64,000 nucleotides of DNA from Antechinus flavipes (lineage: Eukaryota): assembly GCF_016432865.1 (NCBI RefSeq), contig NC_067402.1, positions 135,160,001 through 135,224,000 of the forward strand. The letters are read 5' to 3'. The position numbers and the translations under genes are program-made. This document shows, one piece after another, positions 52,853 through 64,000 of the stretch. The first letter of the stretch is position 1, and each line of letters starts with the position of its first letter. Below the pieces are notes generated by a model, which was not told where the DNA came from, did no database searches, and was given only the letters and a program-made list of their open reading frames with translations.

Positions 52853-53966
52853 GAGCCATGTCTATCAGAATTGATCATTGTATAATCTTGTTGCTATGTA
52901 CAATGTTCTCTTGATTCTACTCACTTCACTCAGCATTGGTTCATGTAAGTCTCTCCAGGCCTCTCTGAAATCATCTTGCTGATCATTTCTTATGGAAAAA
53001 ATAATATTCCAATCTGAATTCTTTATATAAGTAACTTTTATGATACAATAATATTCCATTACATTTATATAGCACAATTTGTTTAGCCATTTCTGCTAGA
53101 TGGAAATCTACTTTGTACCATTTCTTTGATATGACAAGGGGGTAGAAAAAGTAAAGGGAATAAACATCTATTAAGAAAAAAAAAAAAGAAAAAAAGAAAA
53201 AAAAATCTATATACTCGTTAAGTTCCTTTGCTGACTAATCTTCCATTTTACTCCCCACTCTAACAGTGGGTGTTATCTGAAATTCTGTCCTAAGTCCTTA
53301 TTTCTTCTCCTCCATATTCTCTCTAGTTGCTTCATCAGCTCCTGTGAGTTTAACTATTATCTCTATGGAGATGACTTACATATAACAAAAGACCAATAAG
53401 TGTCTATTAAGTACCTACCACCTTTTCTAAGAAAAATTTCCAAAAAATTTCAGTGCAGAGTTGGTAGAGAAAAGCTAATTAAGGTTCTAACAAAAAATCT
53501 GTTAATGGGGCTAAGCCTGCCTTACTAGACAAGTTCATCAAGAGCAGGGATCATGATATACATCTTTGAGTTTTCCAGTTTCTTTTGTGTTTTGCAAAGA
53601 ACATTTATTCAATAAATATTTCAGCTGAGCTATTAGGTTATGTTGAATTTTCTCTTGGCATCTGAAATGTGATAAATTTCCTGAGACAAGAATTTCATCC
53701 AGTTCAATGTGCCTTTTGTGAATGGAGGTATTTGTAAGTCCAGTCAGAATAGGCAAAGTGTAGCCATATTACAAAAAGTCTTGGCGCTATTTTTTTCCCC
53801 TAATCTGAACCAATGTTCAGAGTATCACGATCAGGAAACTATGGAATATATGAACTCAGAAATACATGATTATTGAATAGCTTGTATAAAGAAAACCTTT
53901 TTTTTTTTTTTTTTTTTTGGTGTTGTCCCAATCTGAAATTTTATAGATGTGAGGAACTCGTTATAA

Positions 53967-54125
53967 AATTTTTCTGCATTGATGGAAATAGCACTTTATA
54001 TGTTACCTTATTGTCTTCAAAAATATTTTTGTATCATCATGAAAAATTTTGAAAATATGCAATATTCAATGATGAAGTTCTGCTATTTAGCATTGCCTAG
54101 GAATCTTGAAATTAATAAATTTAAG
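53967..54125 (+). mobile_element. Possible decayed hAT transposase C-terminal (dimerisation) fragment
   Basis: Frame reads NFSALMEIALYMLP...C....F...MK...SM.....LAL..R.LEI, loosely echoing hATC (PNL..L..IALTLP...CERSFS.MK..K..LRS.M...RL..LA). Motif resemblance only. Confidence 0.25.
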
Positions 54126-54489
54126 AAAAAACTTTTTATAAAGAAAATGAAAAACTTAGAAATAAGGTTTTTTTGACTTTCATTTAAAACCTGTCATACA
54201 ATAGGATCTAACCTTTCTACAATTATTTGCAGGGCAAAATTCACTCCTACACCAGATTTCAAGTAAGATTAGTGTCTAATTGAGACAGTTTTCTTTTCCT
54301 CTTAAATGTGAACCCCTGACTTTCATTGCCTAGAAAAGCAGTCTGTTTTTAGATTTCTTAGATTTAAGTATACAATTGGAGCAAAAGCATCCCATGAAAG
54401 CAATCAACATTAGACCTGTGCTGAAAACCTAGAGAATCATTTCCCTTCCAGTATCTTGAGTCATTGAAAACATTTATAAACTATATTGT

Positions 54490-54650
54490 TTTTGTTTAGC
54501 TATTTTCAGTTATGTTTGATTCTTCATGATCCCCATTTGGGGTTTTTGTGGCAAAAAATACTGAAATGGTTTGCTAGTAAATAGCTGAGGTCAAATTTGA
54601 ACTCAGGTCTTCTTGGCTCCAGGCCTGGCACTCTATCTATTGCACCACCT
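54490..54650 (-). mobile_element. MAR1 with internal deletion
   Basis: ccccatttggggtttttgtggcaaaaaatactgaaatggtttgc joined to aaatttgaactcaggtcttc. Confidence 0.75.
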
Positions 54651-54856
54651 GTGCTTCATGTATTGCTATACTTTCATTCAAATTAGGGGTCATTATGACT
54701 TCCAAACAAAATTCTGTTAAGAATTTATTAAGTGTTCCTAGCATACCATGCACACAGGTGCTGGGACAATACAAAAGTGAGATGCACTCTGCCCTTACAG
54801 AACTTATATTCTTCTGAGAGAAAACAACACATATCCAGGCAAATAAATGAAAACAC

Positions 54857-54859
<3 letters not shown>

Positions 54860-54892
<33 letters not shown>

Positions 54893-54907
54893 ACACACAC
54901 ACACACA
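54860..54907. repeat. (AC)n microsatellite
   Basis: Direct reading. Confidence 0.98.
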
Positions 54908-55325
54908 GCAAATTCAAAGTCATTTCACGGGTTGGATGGAAAACCACTAACAACTGGGATGAAACTAGGAAAGGCCTCTTGGAGAGGGAACAATCAAGTC
55001 AAATCTGGAAGGGAGGTAGATTCCAAAAGGCGGAGGAAAGGGGGCAGGATGGAGGCAGGTGATGGAATTTTGTGCTTGAAGACCAAGCAGTCCAATTTGA
55101 CCAGAGGTTGTGGACTGGGAAGCAGAGAGACAGACAGTGTGTAGGGGGACAGTTATTCTTAAATCATTGTAGAAAAACAGCTTGAAGCCATATTTTAATG
55201 GACTTTAAATGTAAATAAAAAAACTTATAGGATCTTATCTTAAGAAAAATCTACGATGATTAATAAGTAGATTTTTTTTTAAGGAGCAAAAGGGGGATAA
55301 AAGACTTTTGGTTGAACAAAAATAA

Positions 55326-55566
55326 AGATTTTTTTCCCCCATTTTCCAAAAGACCTCCTATATTTATGAGGGAAAAAAATTCCACTCCTGATAAGGGCAC
55401 AAAAAGGATTTGTTTTTTCTTGCTTCCTGTAAATGTCACTTGAGATTTTTTTTCCATTTTCCAAAAGACCTCCTATATTTATTGGGGGGGGGGGGCAGAA
55501 TCCCATTCCTGATGAGGGCACAAAAAGGATTTGGTTTTTACTTGTTTCCTATAGATGTTACTTGAG
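55326..55566. repeat. Tandem duplication of a ~120-bp unit
   Basis: ccattttccaaaagacctcctatatttat...gggcacaaaaaggattt...cttgag occurs twice head to tail. Confidence 0.9.
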
Positions 55567-55793
55567 TTTAGCTTTGAAGAAAGCTTTTTCTTTGAGGGAT
55601 TCTTTGAGGCAGAAGTAAAAAGAAAGAAGTACATTTCAAGTATGAGAGATAACCTGTACAAAGTTATGGAGAGGGGAGATTCTTGCCCTTTGCTTTCATC
55701 CCAGGAGTTCTTTTTGCCTACAGCCACCCTCCCAAGAGCACCGTGCTCTGTGAAAAGCTAGCCACTGTTTTGCCGAAAAATTCTAGTCGAAGT

Positions 55794-55799
55794 TTTATT
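55794..55799 (-). terminator. ZNF277: Probable ZNF277 polyadenylation signal (AATAAA); implies a ~420-nt 3' UTR (~55775-56195)
   Basis: First minus-strand AATAAA I found downstream of the stop, preceded by U-rich/UGUA-containing sequence. Actual use is inferred. Confidence 0.6.
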
Positions 55800-55950
55800 C
55801 AGAATAACTTACATAGAAATTACAAGCATTACAAAAGAATACACAGATTTAAATAGTCTGAACTTCATTTTTCCTTGGCAGGTGATTTTAATTCAAATAA
55901 TGACCCGCTGAAATTCCATGTTTTCTCCTTTTATGACTGATCTCCCATCT

Positions 55951-56140
55951 AGGGATCAGGATACCTGAGTTGGAATACTGGTACTAGTTGTTACTTCTAG
56001 TCTTCTCTAGTGAGTGAATCACAATCACAAATCACAATCGGGTGAATCACAAAATCTTTTTGGAATTGAATTTTCTTATCTATAAAATGATGGGTTGGAC
56101 AAGATGATCTCCAAGGTCCTCTTTAAGTTTAAATCCTGTG
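55951..56140 (+). mobile_element. MIR3-type CORE-SINE inside the predicted ZNF277 3' UTR (antisense to the mRNA)
   Basis: CORE motif ttttcttatctataaaatga plus MIR3 tail gggttggacaagatgatctccaaggtcctct...aaatcctgtg. Confidence 0.7.
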
Positions 56141-56195
56141 TGGAAATCTGAGTTGTGCTTGGGTATGAAAGCCATCCCAACATTCCTGCTGTTGG

Positions 56196-56397
56196 CTACA
56201 GTTTTCTCTGGTTTTTTGAACCTTCTCCTTGTAGCAACTGGTTCAAAACGCTGCTTTGTTTCAGAGCCTGCAGATTGGAGACATCCTCACTTATGACAGG
56301 GATGTCCTCCTCCTTCAGCCCCTCAGCACTCAGGTCACCTTCACTGTCAGACAATGCACACAGCAGGGTGTCATTTTCGTAGGTTGGAAAGTAATAC
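56196..56397 (-). CDS. ZNF277: ZNF277 terminal coding exon ((Q)YYFPTYENDTLLCALSDSEGDLSAEGLKEEDIPVISEDVSNLQALKQSSVLNQLLQGEGSKNQRKL*)
   Basis: gttttcag|GTATTACTTTCCAACC; CA|G completes a Gln codon. YYFPTYENDTLLC.LSDSE and LKQSS.LNQLL are recognisable ZNF277 C-terminal motifs. TAG stop at 56196-56198. Confidence 0.96.
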
Positions 56398-58964
56398 CTG
56401 AAAACACAACCACAAACACATTAAGAAGCCTCATCCTTAAGGGGCAATTGCAGTCAGTTGTAGTCTATTTTGTTCTGGACAGAGCCGAAAAACTTGCCAA
56501 CATTGTATGCTGAATTTCGTAAACACTGTAAGCAAGATAACATTTGAATTGTCTACACTTTATTTTTCACTGGCAGATAATCTTAAAACTGGATGATGAC
56601 CAAGGACATTCTCAGTGAATTCCAAAATGTCATACTTCCTTTTTCTTCTATTCCAACTCTTTCTAATATGTGGCAGTAAAGGGAGCTTCCTTTTCCCCAA
56701 GTCCTGGGATTTTTGCCCAATTGGCTTCCCTCTTTTCTTTCTGGGTCAGTTTTCCAGGTCAGTCAATCCAGATTTTCAAAATACATATGACTGAGGAGAA
56801 AAGGACCACCATAATATACTTATAGACGTCCAGCTGTTCCCTGGGTGACATCAAACCAAGTAGAAGAAATTAAAGGCTCTTGAATTATGGCCATATTCAA
56901 TATCAAAATAATTCATGTTAGTTTCAAAATAAGCAATTAGATGATTTCAGGACACATTCCTATCCCATTTCATAGGATATTAGGGAAAGTGAAGGAGACA
57001 TTGGTATCCACAGCAAAGAGAAGGAATGTTTTCAAAAATTTTTGAAAAGAAAAAAATGAATTAAAAACTACAGACATGGAGAAAAAGATAATAGAAAGGA
57101 AGAAAGGAGGAGGACTGTAGGGGAAGGAAGGAAACAGGGAAGGGAAGAATTGAACAATCTATTTTCCAATCCTTATTTAACAATATTCCTATTCTAGTCA
57201 ATCTACTTATAAATAAGAATAATATTGAGTTTAGAACCAGTATGGTCCTTAAAGATACAACTAGTATCTTTACTACATAATTACTAGATCCTTAAAGGTT
57301 CAACTGCCTCATTTACAGATTAGACAAGTGAGGAAGTAATGTGATTTCCCCAGAATCATCCAACTAGTAATTGTCTGAGGTGAGATGACTCTTCTTGACC
57401 TCAGGTTCCACGTCCCATCAGTCTTCCCCCCTTTCATCTTTGGGTTGTCCTGAAAGTCCAGAGAGCATTCCACCTAGCCTCCTAGAAGGCAGGGTTTAAT
57501 TCAAGCTTGGCTCAAGCACCACCTCTAAGGGGAAGTCTTTCTTGCTCTCTCTCCCCCTTGTAGTTAGTGTTGACTTCTTACTCCTCAGATTATCATGTAT
57601 ATGTAGTTTTGTTTCCATGTTGTATCCCCTCGGTTTAAGAGGAAAAAAAATAAAAGTTCCCTTATAGTTGGGGATATTTTTCATTTTGTCTTTGTAATCT
57701 CAGAACCCTGCCCACAACAGTTCTAGTCAGATTGGAGCCGACAGAAAGGAAAGAAAAGATCGAGACAAGGAGGTACTGAAACATTCTGGCACATTATCAG
57801 TACATACAGGTGTACCTACTGATGAATGATCAGCGATCTACTGAACTCTGAGGACCATCACTGAGTCCAAGTGATGGCTGTTCACTGTCAGAGTCAAGCC
57901 ACTGATAGATAAAGGAGACTGAAAGGAGAGGAGAAAGAAAATGTAAGAAAGAGGATGGGGGAAAGAGAGAATACAGAGTACAGAAAATTATAGAAAGGGG
58001 AAATGTTACACACTGATGGTCATAAGGGTGAGGATGATGGGATGTGTGGATAGGATGTGCTACTGTGTTGTCAGCAATTACTTCGGGCATGAGTCAGCTT
58101 GTAGTCCCTTTCTCTTCCTTTTTGGGGGGGTGGGTATTGCCCAACATATACACAACATCCCGTTATGTGCTGGGCCTTTGTTACCTCAGCCCTCCTTCCT
58201 TAGGCCCATAGTCACTTGGCGATCTGAATAGACCTCTAAATATTCATTTATAACAATATTCAAAGGCACAGGTCATTTGGGGGTAATTAACTAACAGTGA
58301 CATGATTTTTGCAAAGTACTCAATAGTCATGATCTCCTATAATCATCACAACAGTTCTTCTAGGTAAGTTCTGTGGATATTCTCTCCTTATTTTACAGAT
58401 GAGGAAAGGGGGGATCAGAGAGGGAAAGTGTGTGGCCCTTAACCCTGGGTTTCCTCTGACACTCTTACTGATTTACCATAAACTATGTTGCTACTTACAT
58501 GACCCTAGTGATCTCTGGAATTTTACAGAAGAGGAAAGGAGAGAGGGAAAAAAAAATATTAAAGCAAAATGCAATATTCAGTATTTAGTGGGCAGAGAAA
58601 CCTACAATCTTAAAATTAAAAGGGATGTTGGGAGACCATAAAGCTCATATAGAAACAGGGGCCACTAAATCATACCCAAGAACGCCTGTTGACTTTATAG
58701 TCAATTAGAAAACCATGTAAAAATTTTATCTATTTATCTATATTTCTATCTATATAATTATAGATGATATATACATATCATCTATAATTATATAATGCAT
58801 TATAAATAATATGTCTATTATATTTTGTGTTTTATTACCTCTTGTATATTATTTTGTCTTATTCACTTTTTATTTATTTTGCCAAACATTTCCAATTACA
58901 TTTTAATCTTGTTTGGGCGGCACATAGGAAAGTGGTGGACTGCATATTTGACACCTCTGATCCA

Positions 58965-59230
58965 ATCTGATCTCCTCCCAATATTAGCATACTTTCTATA
59001 ACAGATAATCATCCAGTCTCTGCTTGAATGTTTCCATGAACAAGAAAGTCATTATTTTATGAGATGGTCAGTTCCCTGGCTAAACTGAAATCTGCTTCCT
59101 ATCTGTAACTCTTAATTATTTGCTCTAGTGTTTGTGCCTTTGGGAGAAACACAGAACAAATCGACGCCCACTTCCATTCGACAGTCATGAAGACATTTGG
59201 AGGTGTCTAACATGAATTCATCTGGGTTTT
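58965..59230 (-). mobile_element. L3/CR1 fragment in the ZNF277 last intron
   Basis: ccagtctctgcttgaatgtttcc...ctaaactgaaatctgcttcc...gaacaaatc...cttccattcgacag. Confidence 0.6.
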
Positions 59231-59815
59231 CTACCCACTCAGGAAGATGCTTTGTTGAGGGATGACTCTGGGAATTCATAAGGTCCTTTCTAAGGAATCC
59301 ATCTCAAAGGAGGGGTAGAATTCTCTGAACTCTAATGTAGCAAGTACACTTTGTAATGAAACACAACGGAGAGATGGATTGATTATCTGTGGGACCTTCA
59401 TCTCTCCTTGCCTCAGTTTCCTCATCTGTAAAATGAAGGGGTCGGAGAGGATGCCTCCAAAGCCTTGTCAAGGCTTTAAGTTGATGACCCAAAGCTTCCA
59501 TACTGGAATCTTTGGGGGACTCCAACTTTCCACAAGCCTTCTGCCCTGGTGTTATTCAGGGAAAAAAAAATAAATAAATAAAAAATATATATACATATAC
59601 ACACACACACAAGATCTTATACAACAGTTCTGGGATCCTCCTAAAACAAGCTTGAATTATGGGCCAGGCCAAGGGATGATCATAGGATAAATAATACACA
59701 TCTAAGCAGTTGCACACCAACTAGTCGGGTTTTCAGTGATTTAGAAATACTGAAATGCGGGAGGTAGAAGATGGGGGAGAAGAAAGATAGGTGCATGAGC
59801 CAGAGCAATACATAC

Positions 59816-59990
59816 TGTGGCTGATCCCATGTGGTTCTTTCAGGAAGCATTGATATGTGTTTAGCTTTCTCCATGTGATTCCTTAATTCTGACTTAGATG
59901 CAAATTTCAAATGGCAGCCATAACATCGACACTGGTGAACTTCCCTCCGAATGAAGTTAACCAGTTTTACTTGCTGATAGAAATGTAATC
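59816..59990 (-). CDS. ZNF277: ZNF277 penultimate coding exon (175 bp) with C2H2 finger CYGC-x12-H-x5-H
   Basis: cttcccag|GATTACATTTC...GATCAGCCACA|gtatgt. Encodes GLHFYQQVKLVNFIRREVHQCRCYGCHLKFASKSELRNHMEKAKHISMLPERTTWDQP(Q), the core of track ORF 59680..60039. Phases fit both neighbouring exons. Confidence 0.97.
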
Positions 59991-60768
59991 CTGGGAAGAT
60001 GGCAGGAAGTAAAATCATACCAGATGATTCATTAGACAAGTGCTTTTACACTGCTGTAATTTTTAAAAAGTCATTTAGATGTTTTACAATACCCTAAGAA
60101 GGCCTGAGAATGGATTAGGATATTGGGGGGTGGGAGGTTGGAAAGAGCTGGACCCTAAGAAGAGAAGCATACATATGGATTTCAGTATAAAATATGAAGT
60201 ATATAAGATGAAGGTCAAGCATCTTATGCCCCAAAGAAAATGTATTTGGAATTTTTCAAAGTATCATCCCTTTATATCAATGATTCCTGACTTTTTTTTA
60301 CAATATTCAAATGTGTCTAGTTATTGCAAGAGGAGATAAACAGAGCTGATAATATTTTTTGTTGACTTCCTATACAAATAAATATTTAGCACATTTGGGA
60401 GAAGGGATCACGTTTCTTAGTAATAGGACATATGATTAGGAATCCAAACTTCTCCACTGATTTCTATCAGCAGCATGCTTGTTCTTCAATCTTGGACACT
60501 TGTCTGGTACACTGAGAGATTAAGTGATTACCTGTGTTTACATAGCCAGTATGTTTCAGAAATAGGATTTTGGTTTTCTGACTCCAAAGTCATTCCTCTA
60601 CCCATTTTGTCACGCTACCTCTCCAATTTTAATTACAGTTGTTACTTATCTAAGTATAGTAGTATGAAGGAGCATCACAATGGTGATTAGAGAGCCAGGA
60701 AGACTTAGATTTAGGTCGCACCTTGGACCCATACTTGCTGTGTGGTATGGCAAGTCAAAGCTCTAGGT

Positions 60769-60946
60769 CAAAGCTTCTTAAACTGTGGGTCATGATCCCA
60801 CACGGGATCCCATAACTGAATATAGGGATCATGAAGTTATTAGTAAGTGATGTGTATACCTATTTTATATCTCTGTATACCTAGGGTCACACAAAAACTT
60901 CTTAAGTGAAAATGGGTTGAGAGTAGAAAAAGTTTAAGAAGTCCAG
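60769..60946. mobile_element. hAT-Charlie-type MITE (178 bp) inserted into an old SINE, in a ZNF277 intron
   Basis: TIRs CAAAGCTTCTTAAACT / CTGGACTTCTTAAACT (12/16); 8-bp TSD ctctaggt / ctttagat resembling the nTCTAGAn Charlie target. Confidence 0.8.
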
Positions 60947-61733
60947 CTTTAGATAACTTTCTAATATTATAAGTTGCAAAAAAAATTCTGACCGCACTGG
61001 AAGGATACTCTTCCCTCAAAGTTTATACCAATGAAATTACACTCCTAGTCTCAATCCCTGAATCTTATGGTAGCATGATATAGGGTCCATGGTGAATAGA
61101 GTTAATGTGTGCCAAATAATTAAGGTTTTGCATTCTCTAAAAAAAAAATCTCAGAAGATCTGTATCCTTAGGGTCTCTCGGAGCTCCATAGGATGGCTCA
61201 TAGGATGCATAGGAGTTGCCAGTTTAGGATAAAGCACTGGTAAAGAGGATCAAAAATGGGTGTGAAGTCAGATAAAAAAACAATGGGAAACTAAAATTTC
61301 AATATGCTTGGGGAAAATTACTTTAAAATAGAATCCTTTGCTATATATGTGTAGAAAACATTTTGGGCCGATAGTTTCCATTTATGATTATGTAATACTT
61401 TTACAGTTTAAAGGAAGGTAGTTCTCAAAGTCAAGAAAAGGTAGAGATCTCTCTCTGTGTGTCTCTATATATGTATGTATGTACACACAACACACACTCT
61501 CTCTCTTTCTGTGTGTGTATATATATATTTATACACATAATATATACACACATGCACGCACACAACAAACACACACACATATACTTAAAAAGAAGACAAA
61601 AGAATGCAATAAAACACTCAATCTTATCACTTTCTAATAGCACATAAGAAAAGCACATTTAAAATTTGTGGATTGTTTAATAGGGCTTTTAATGAAAACT
61701 ATGTTATTGCAGGGTAGAGTACATCATACTTAC

Positions 61734-61776
61734 CAAGCTCTGATTTTATTTTCAGAAGATCAAATTCATGTGCATC
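61734..61776 (-). CDS. ZNF277: ZNF277 internal coding exon (43 bp; DAHEFDLLKIKSEL+G)
   Basis: Minus strand reads tttacaacag|GATGCACATGAATTTGATCTTCTGAAAATAAAATCAGAGCTTG|gtaagt. The peptide matches my recollection of mammalian ZNF277 (HMEDAHEFDLLKIKSELGLNFYQQVK). It ends in phase 1, compatible with the next exon. Confidence 0.95.
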
Positions 61777-62846
61777 CTGTTGTAAATAAATATTCATTAT
61801 TCATTTATATACATTGCTACATAAATCCATAGTCTTATGAGTTCTTTCATCATTCATGTTGAAGTTTTAAATAGAAAATGAGCTTACCAAGAATTCCTAG
61901 GAGTTTGAGCTCCTTGGAAACTCAACTTGTGTCCCCCATCTTCCTTTTCCAAATTTTTAAAAATCTAAGTACTATTTCACACAGCTCAGCAGAAATTGAT
62001 CACATAAACTTGAAATACCTCTTCATCAGCTATGGCCATGCTGGGACTATCTCTTAAGAATATCCTGCATGTATTCTATATCTGATCAAAGGTGTTCTCT
62101 GTCTTGCAGTAGCATGTGTCCTTCCTGCTCTCTATATTAAGGTACTAAAAACCTACCATATTTGTTAACCTTGAAAAATTTCCCTTTTTACTTTTCTAAG
62201 CATGTTGCATAAACAGTCAACTCCCTCTATTTCTCCCCAAACTTCCCATATAATACACTGACTTTTTCAATTTCTCTAACGTAAACTCTCTTGTTACTAA
62301 TGAAATACCTGTTCAGGAGGCTACACGGAAAATTTGGGAAGTTGGAATAAACTAGACAACCTTGGGGGAGCTTTTCAGTGCTATGATTCTGTGGTATTTT
62401 CATGTTTGTGAAGCTCTTATGACCATTCTTATGTCATAAATTGGGAGTTCTTCCTATGGTTTGTGGTCTGAGCTTGTTTTTGAAAAATATTTTCACAATT
62501 ATATTTCAATAAAATTGGTATCCTTTATCATTAATAAAATTGGATTAAATCCCTATCATGTGCCAAATAAAAAGAGGCAAAAGACAGACTCTGTCCTCAA
62601 AGAGATTATAATCTGAAGGGGGAGACAAAATATAAATATATACAAAGCAAGCTATATAGCTTAAACAGGACATACTTAACAGAAGTAAGGCACTGGTATT
62701 AAGAAGGGTTAAGAAAAGCTTCCTGTAGAGGATAGAATTTTAGTTGGGACCTAAAGATAACCGGAAAAATCAGAGCACAGGAGGAAGAGCATTCTAGCAG
62801 CGGGGAACATCCAAAAAAAAAAAAAAATGCTTAGCACTAAGAGATG

Positions 62847-63120
62847 TACAGTTACCCTTTCCTCATTGAAGAGGTTAGGAGAGCAGCACCCCCAAAATCT
62901 AGGAAAATCCATGTAAAGTTTTTTGAGCTTCTCTTCATACCAAAGAAGAAATTTGATTTTTTTTTCTTTTTCTTTTATGTGGTATTTACAGTACCTTTTG
63001 TAAAATTTGGATTGAGTATTTTGTCACAGGCTATATAATAAATATATTTTATGCCTTTCTGAGTTTCTAAACTTTTTCTATGTCATCTACTGGCCTTTGC
63101 ATGCTGTCTGCAACTCCCTT
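62847..63120. mobile_element. Tc1/mariner (Tigger-like) MITE remnant within an L2 fragment
   Basis: TA|cagttaccctttcc start typical of Tigger-type TIRs; the second TIR was not found. Confidence 0.4.
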
Positions 63121-63699
63121 CCCCCCAATAGTGTCTTCATGGTGGAGCAGCTAGGAGATCAGTGTCACTGGACTGAAAAGTATGTGTGGGGAGTGATGTG
63201 TGAGAACACAAGAAAGGAAGAAGGGGGCTAAATTTTGAGGGCTTTGAATGACAAACAGAGCATTTGGTATTTGATCCTGGAGGCAACAGAAAGCTACTAG
63301 AGTTTACTGAGTTGGGGGATTTGACATGATTGGTACATATAAAACTATTTATTATATTTTTTATGTTTATTTATTACTTTTCATTATTTTCATATATTTA
63401 TTATGTTTCATATATTTTAAAATGTTATTCTGCAAAAGAGCTCATAAGTTTCACCAGACTGACAAAGCAGTCCACAATACACAAATGTTATAAGGAATCT
63501 TGTTCCTCTTGGGTCCAGCTTCTCTCGTGTCCTATTGAGTCCCTCAGGAGGCTTGTAATAGAATTTTTTTTTTGGAATAACTGATCTTGGTTATATTTTT
63601 AAGGTTTCCATGAAGGAGAAGAGGATCAGATTTTAACTTAGATTGGACTTATTGTCTATATATTGTCTTCTTAGCTCTAAGATCCAAGAGTAGAAACTT

Positions 63700-63830
63700 G
63701 AAGAGATCTTGGAGATCAGCTAGCCCACCCCCTCATTTTATTCATAAGAAACCTGAAGTCCATAGAGTGACTTGCCCAAGAGGAGTTCACAGCAGGGACA
63801 AGATTTGGATCTAGTTCCACTAACTCGTTT
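63700..63830 (-). mobile_element. MIR3-type SINE
   Basis: gaagagatcttggagatc...cctcattt...gtgacttgcccaag. Confidence 0.6.
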
Positions 63831-64000
63831 TAAGTTCTTTTCTAACTCTTTGAGTGTATAAATCGGCAACCTCACACAGAGTCACCTGCATAAATGACCA
63901 GGTGTTGCTCCATTTCTTTGGCATGGTGGGCGGAGTTTGGAAGACGATTCCTGCTTCAGGGAACTCTGCTTCCACATGGGTTAACATTTATGGTCCGATG

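Larger units (their letters stand above)
51140..53380 (+). mobile_element. L2 ORF2 fragment hosting a nest of younger insertions
   Basis: L2 motifs gaaactgctctctccaaagtcaccaatga (51360s) resume after 52520 and after 53216 (ctcctgtgagtttaactattatctctatggagatgac). Confidence 0.65.

Noticed and set aside
56155-56513. Two plus-strand ORFs (75 and 85 aa)
   Set aside because: Antisense shadows of the ZNF277 last exon.
58089-58099. AP-1/ARE-like site ATGAGTCAGCT; also isolated C/EBP-ATF-like sites (e.g. TGATGTAAA at 50551)
   Set aside because: Single short motifs without clustering or conservation data are not evidence of function.
59680-60039. 119-aa ORF as a stand-alone gene
   Set aside because: It is the 175-bp ZNF277 exon plus intronic read-through on both sides.

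Overview
AT-rich, repeat-dense marsupial genomic DNA. The young WSINE1 and MAR1 CORE-SINEs, marsupial-type L1 3' ends and a HAL1-like element suggest an Australian marsupial, most likely a dasyurid (inferred from remembered repeat consensuses, not a database search). The only protein gene I can support is the 3' end of ZNF277 on the minus strand. It has three coding exons (61734-61776, 59816-59990, 56196-56397) with canonical, phase-compatible GT-AG junctions and a probable poly(A) signal at 55794-55799. The other ~55 kb is intergenic; by human synteny it runs toward IFRD1, but no IFRD1 exon or CpG island is visible. It is filled with L1, L2, L3/CR1, MIR/MAR1/WSINE1, DNA-transposon remnants, a 7SL-derived retrocopy and microsatellites. 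The most unusual structure is a 3,500-bp ERV-like unit (30591-34090) whose two LTR-like ends are not homologous, yet whose outer termini form a 28/30-bp inverted repeat with a possible 4-bp target-site duplication (TSD). Other notable items are several short copies templated from DNA <1 kb away, a likely L1 3' transduction, a poly(A)-only insertion and a perfect 19-bp hairpin. Nearly all ORFs in the supplied track are repeat-derived or chance. Repeat family names come from motif recognition, and boundaries without a stated TSD are approximate.
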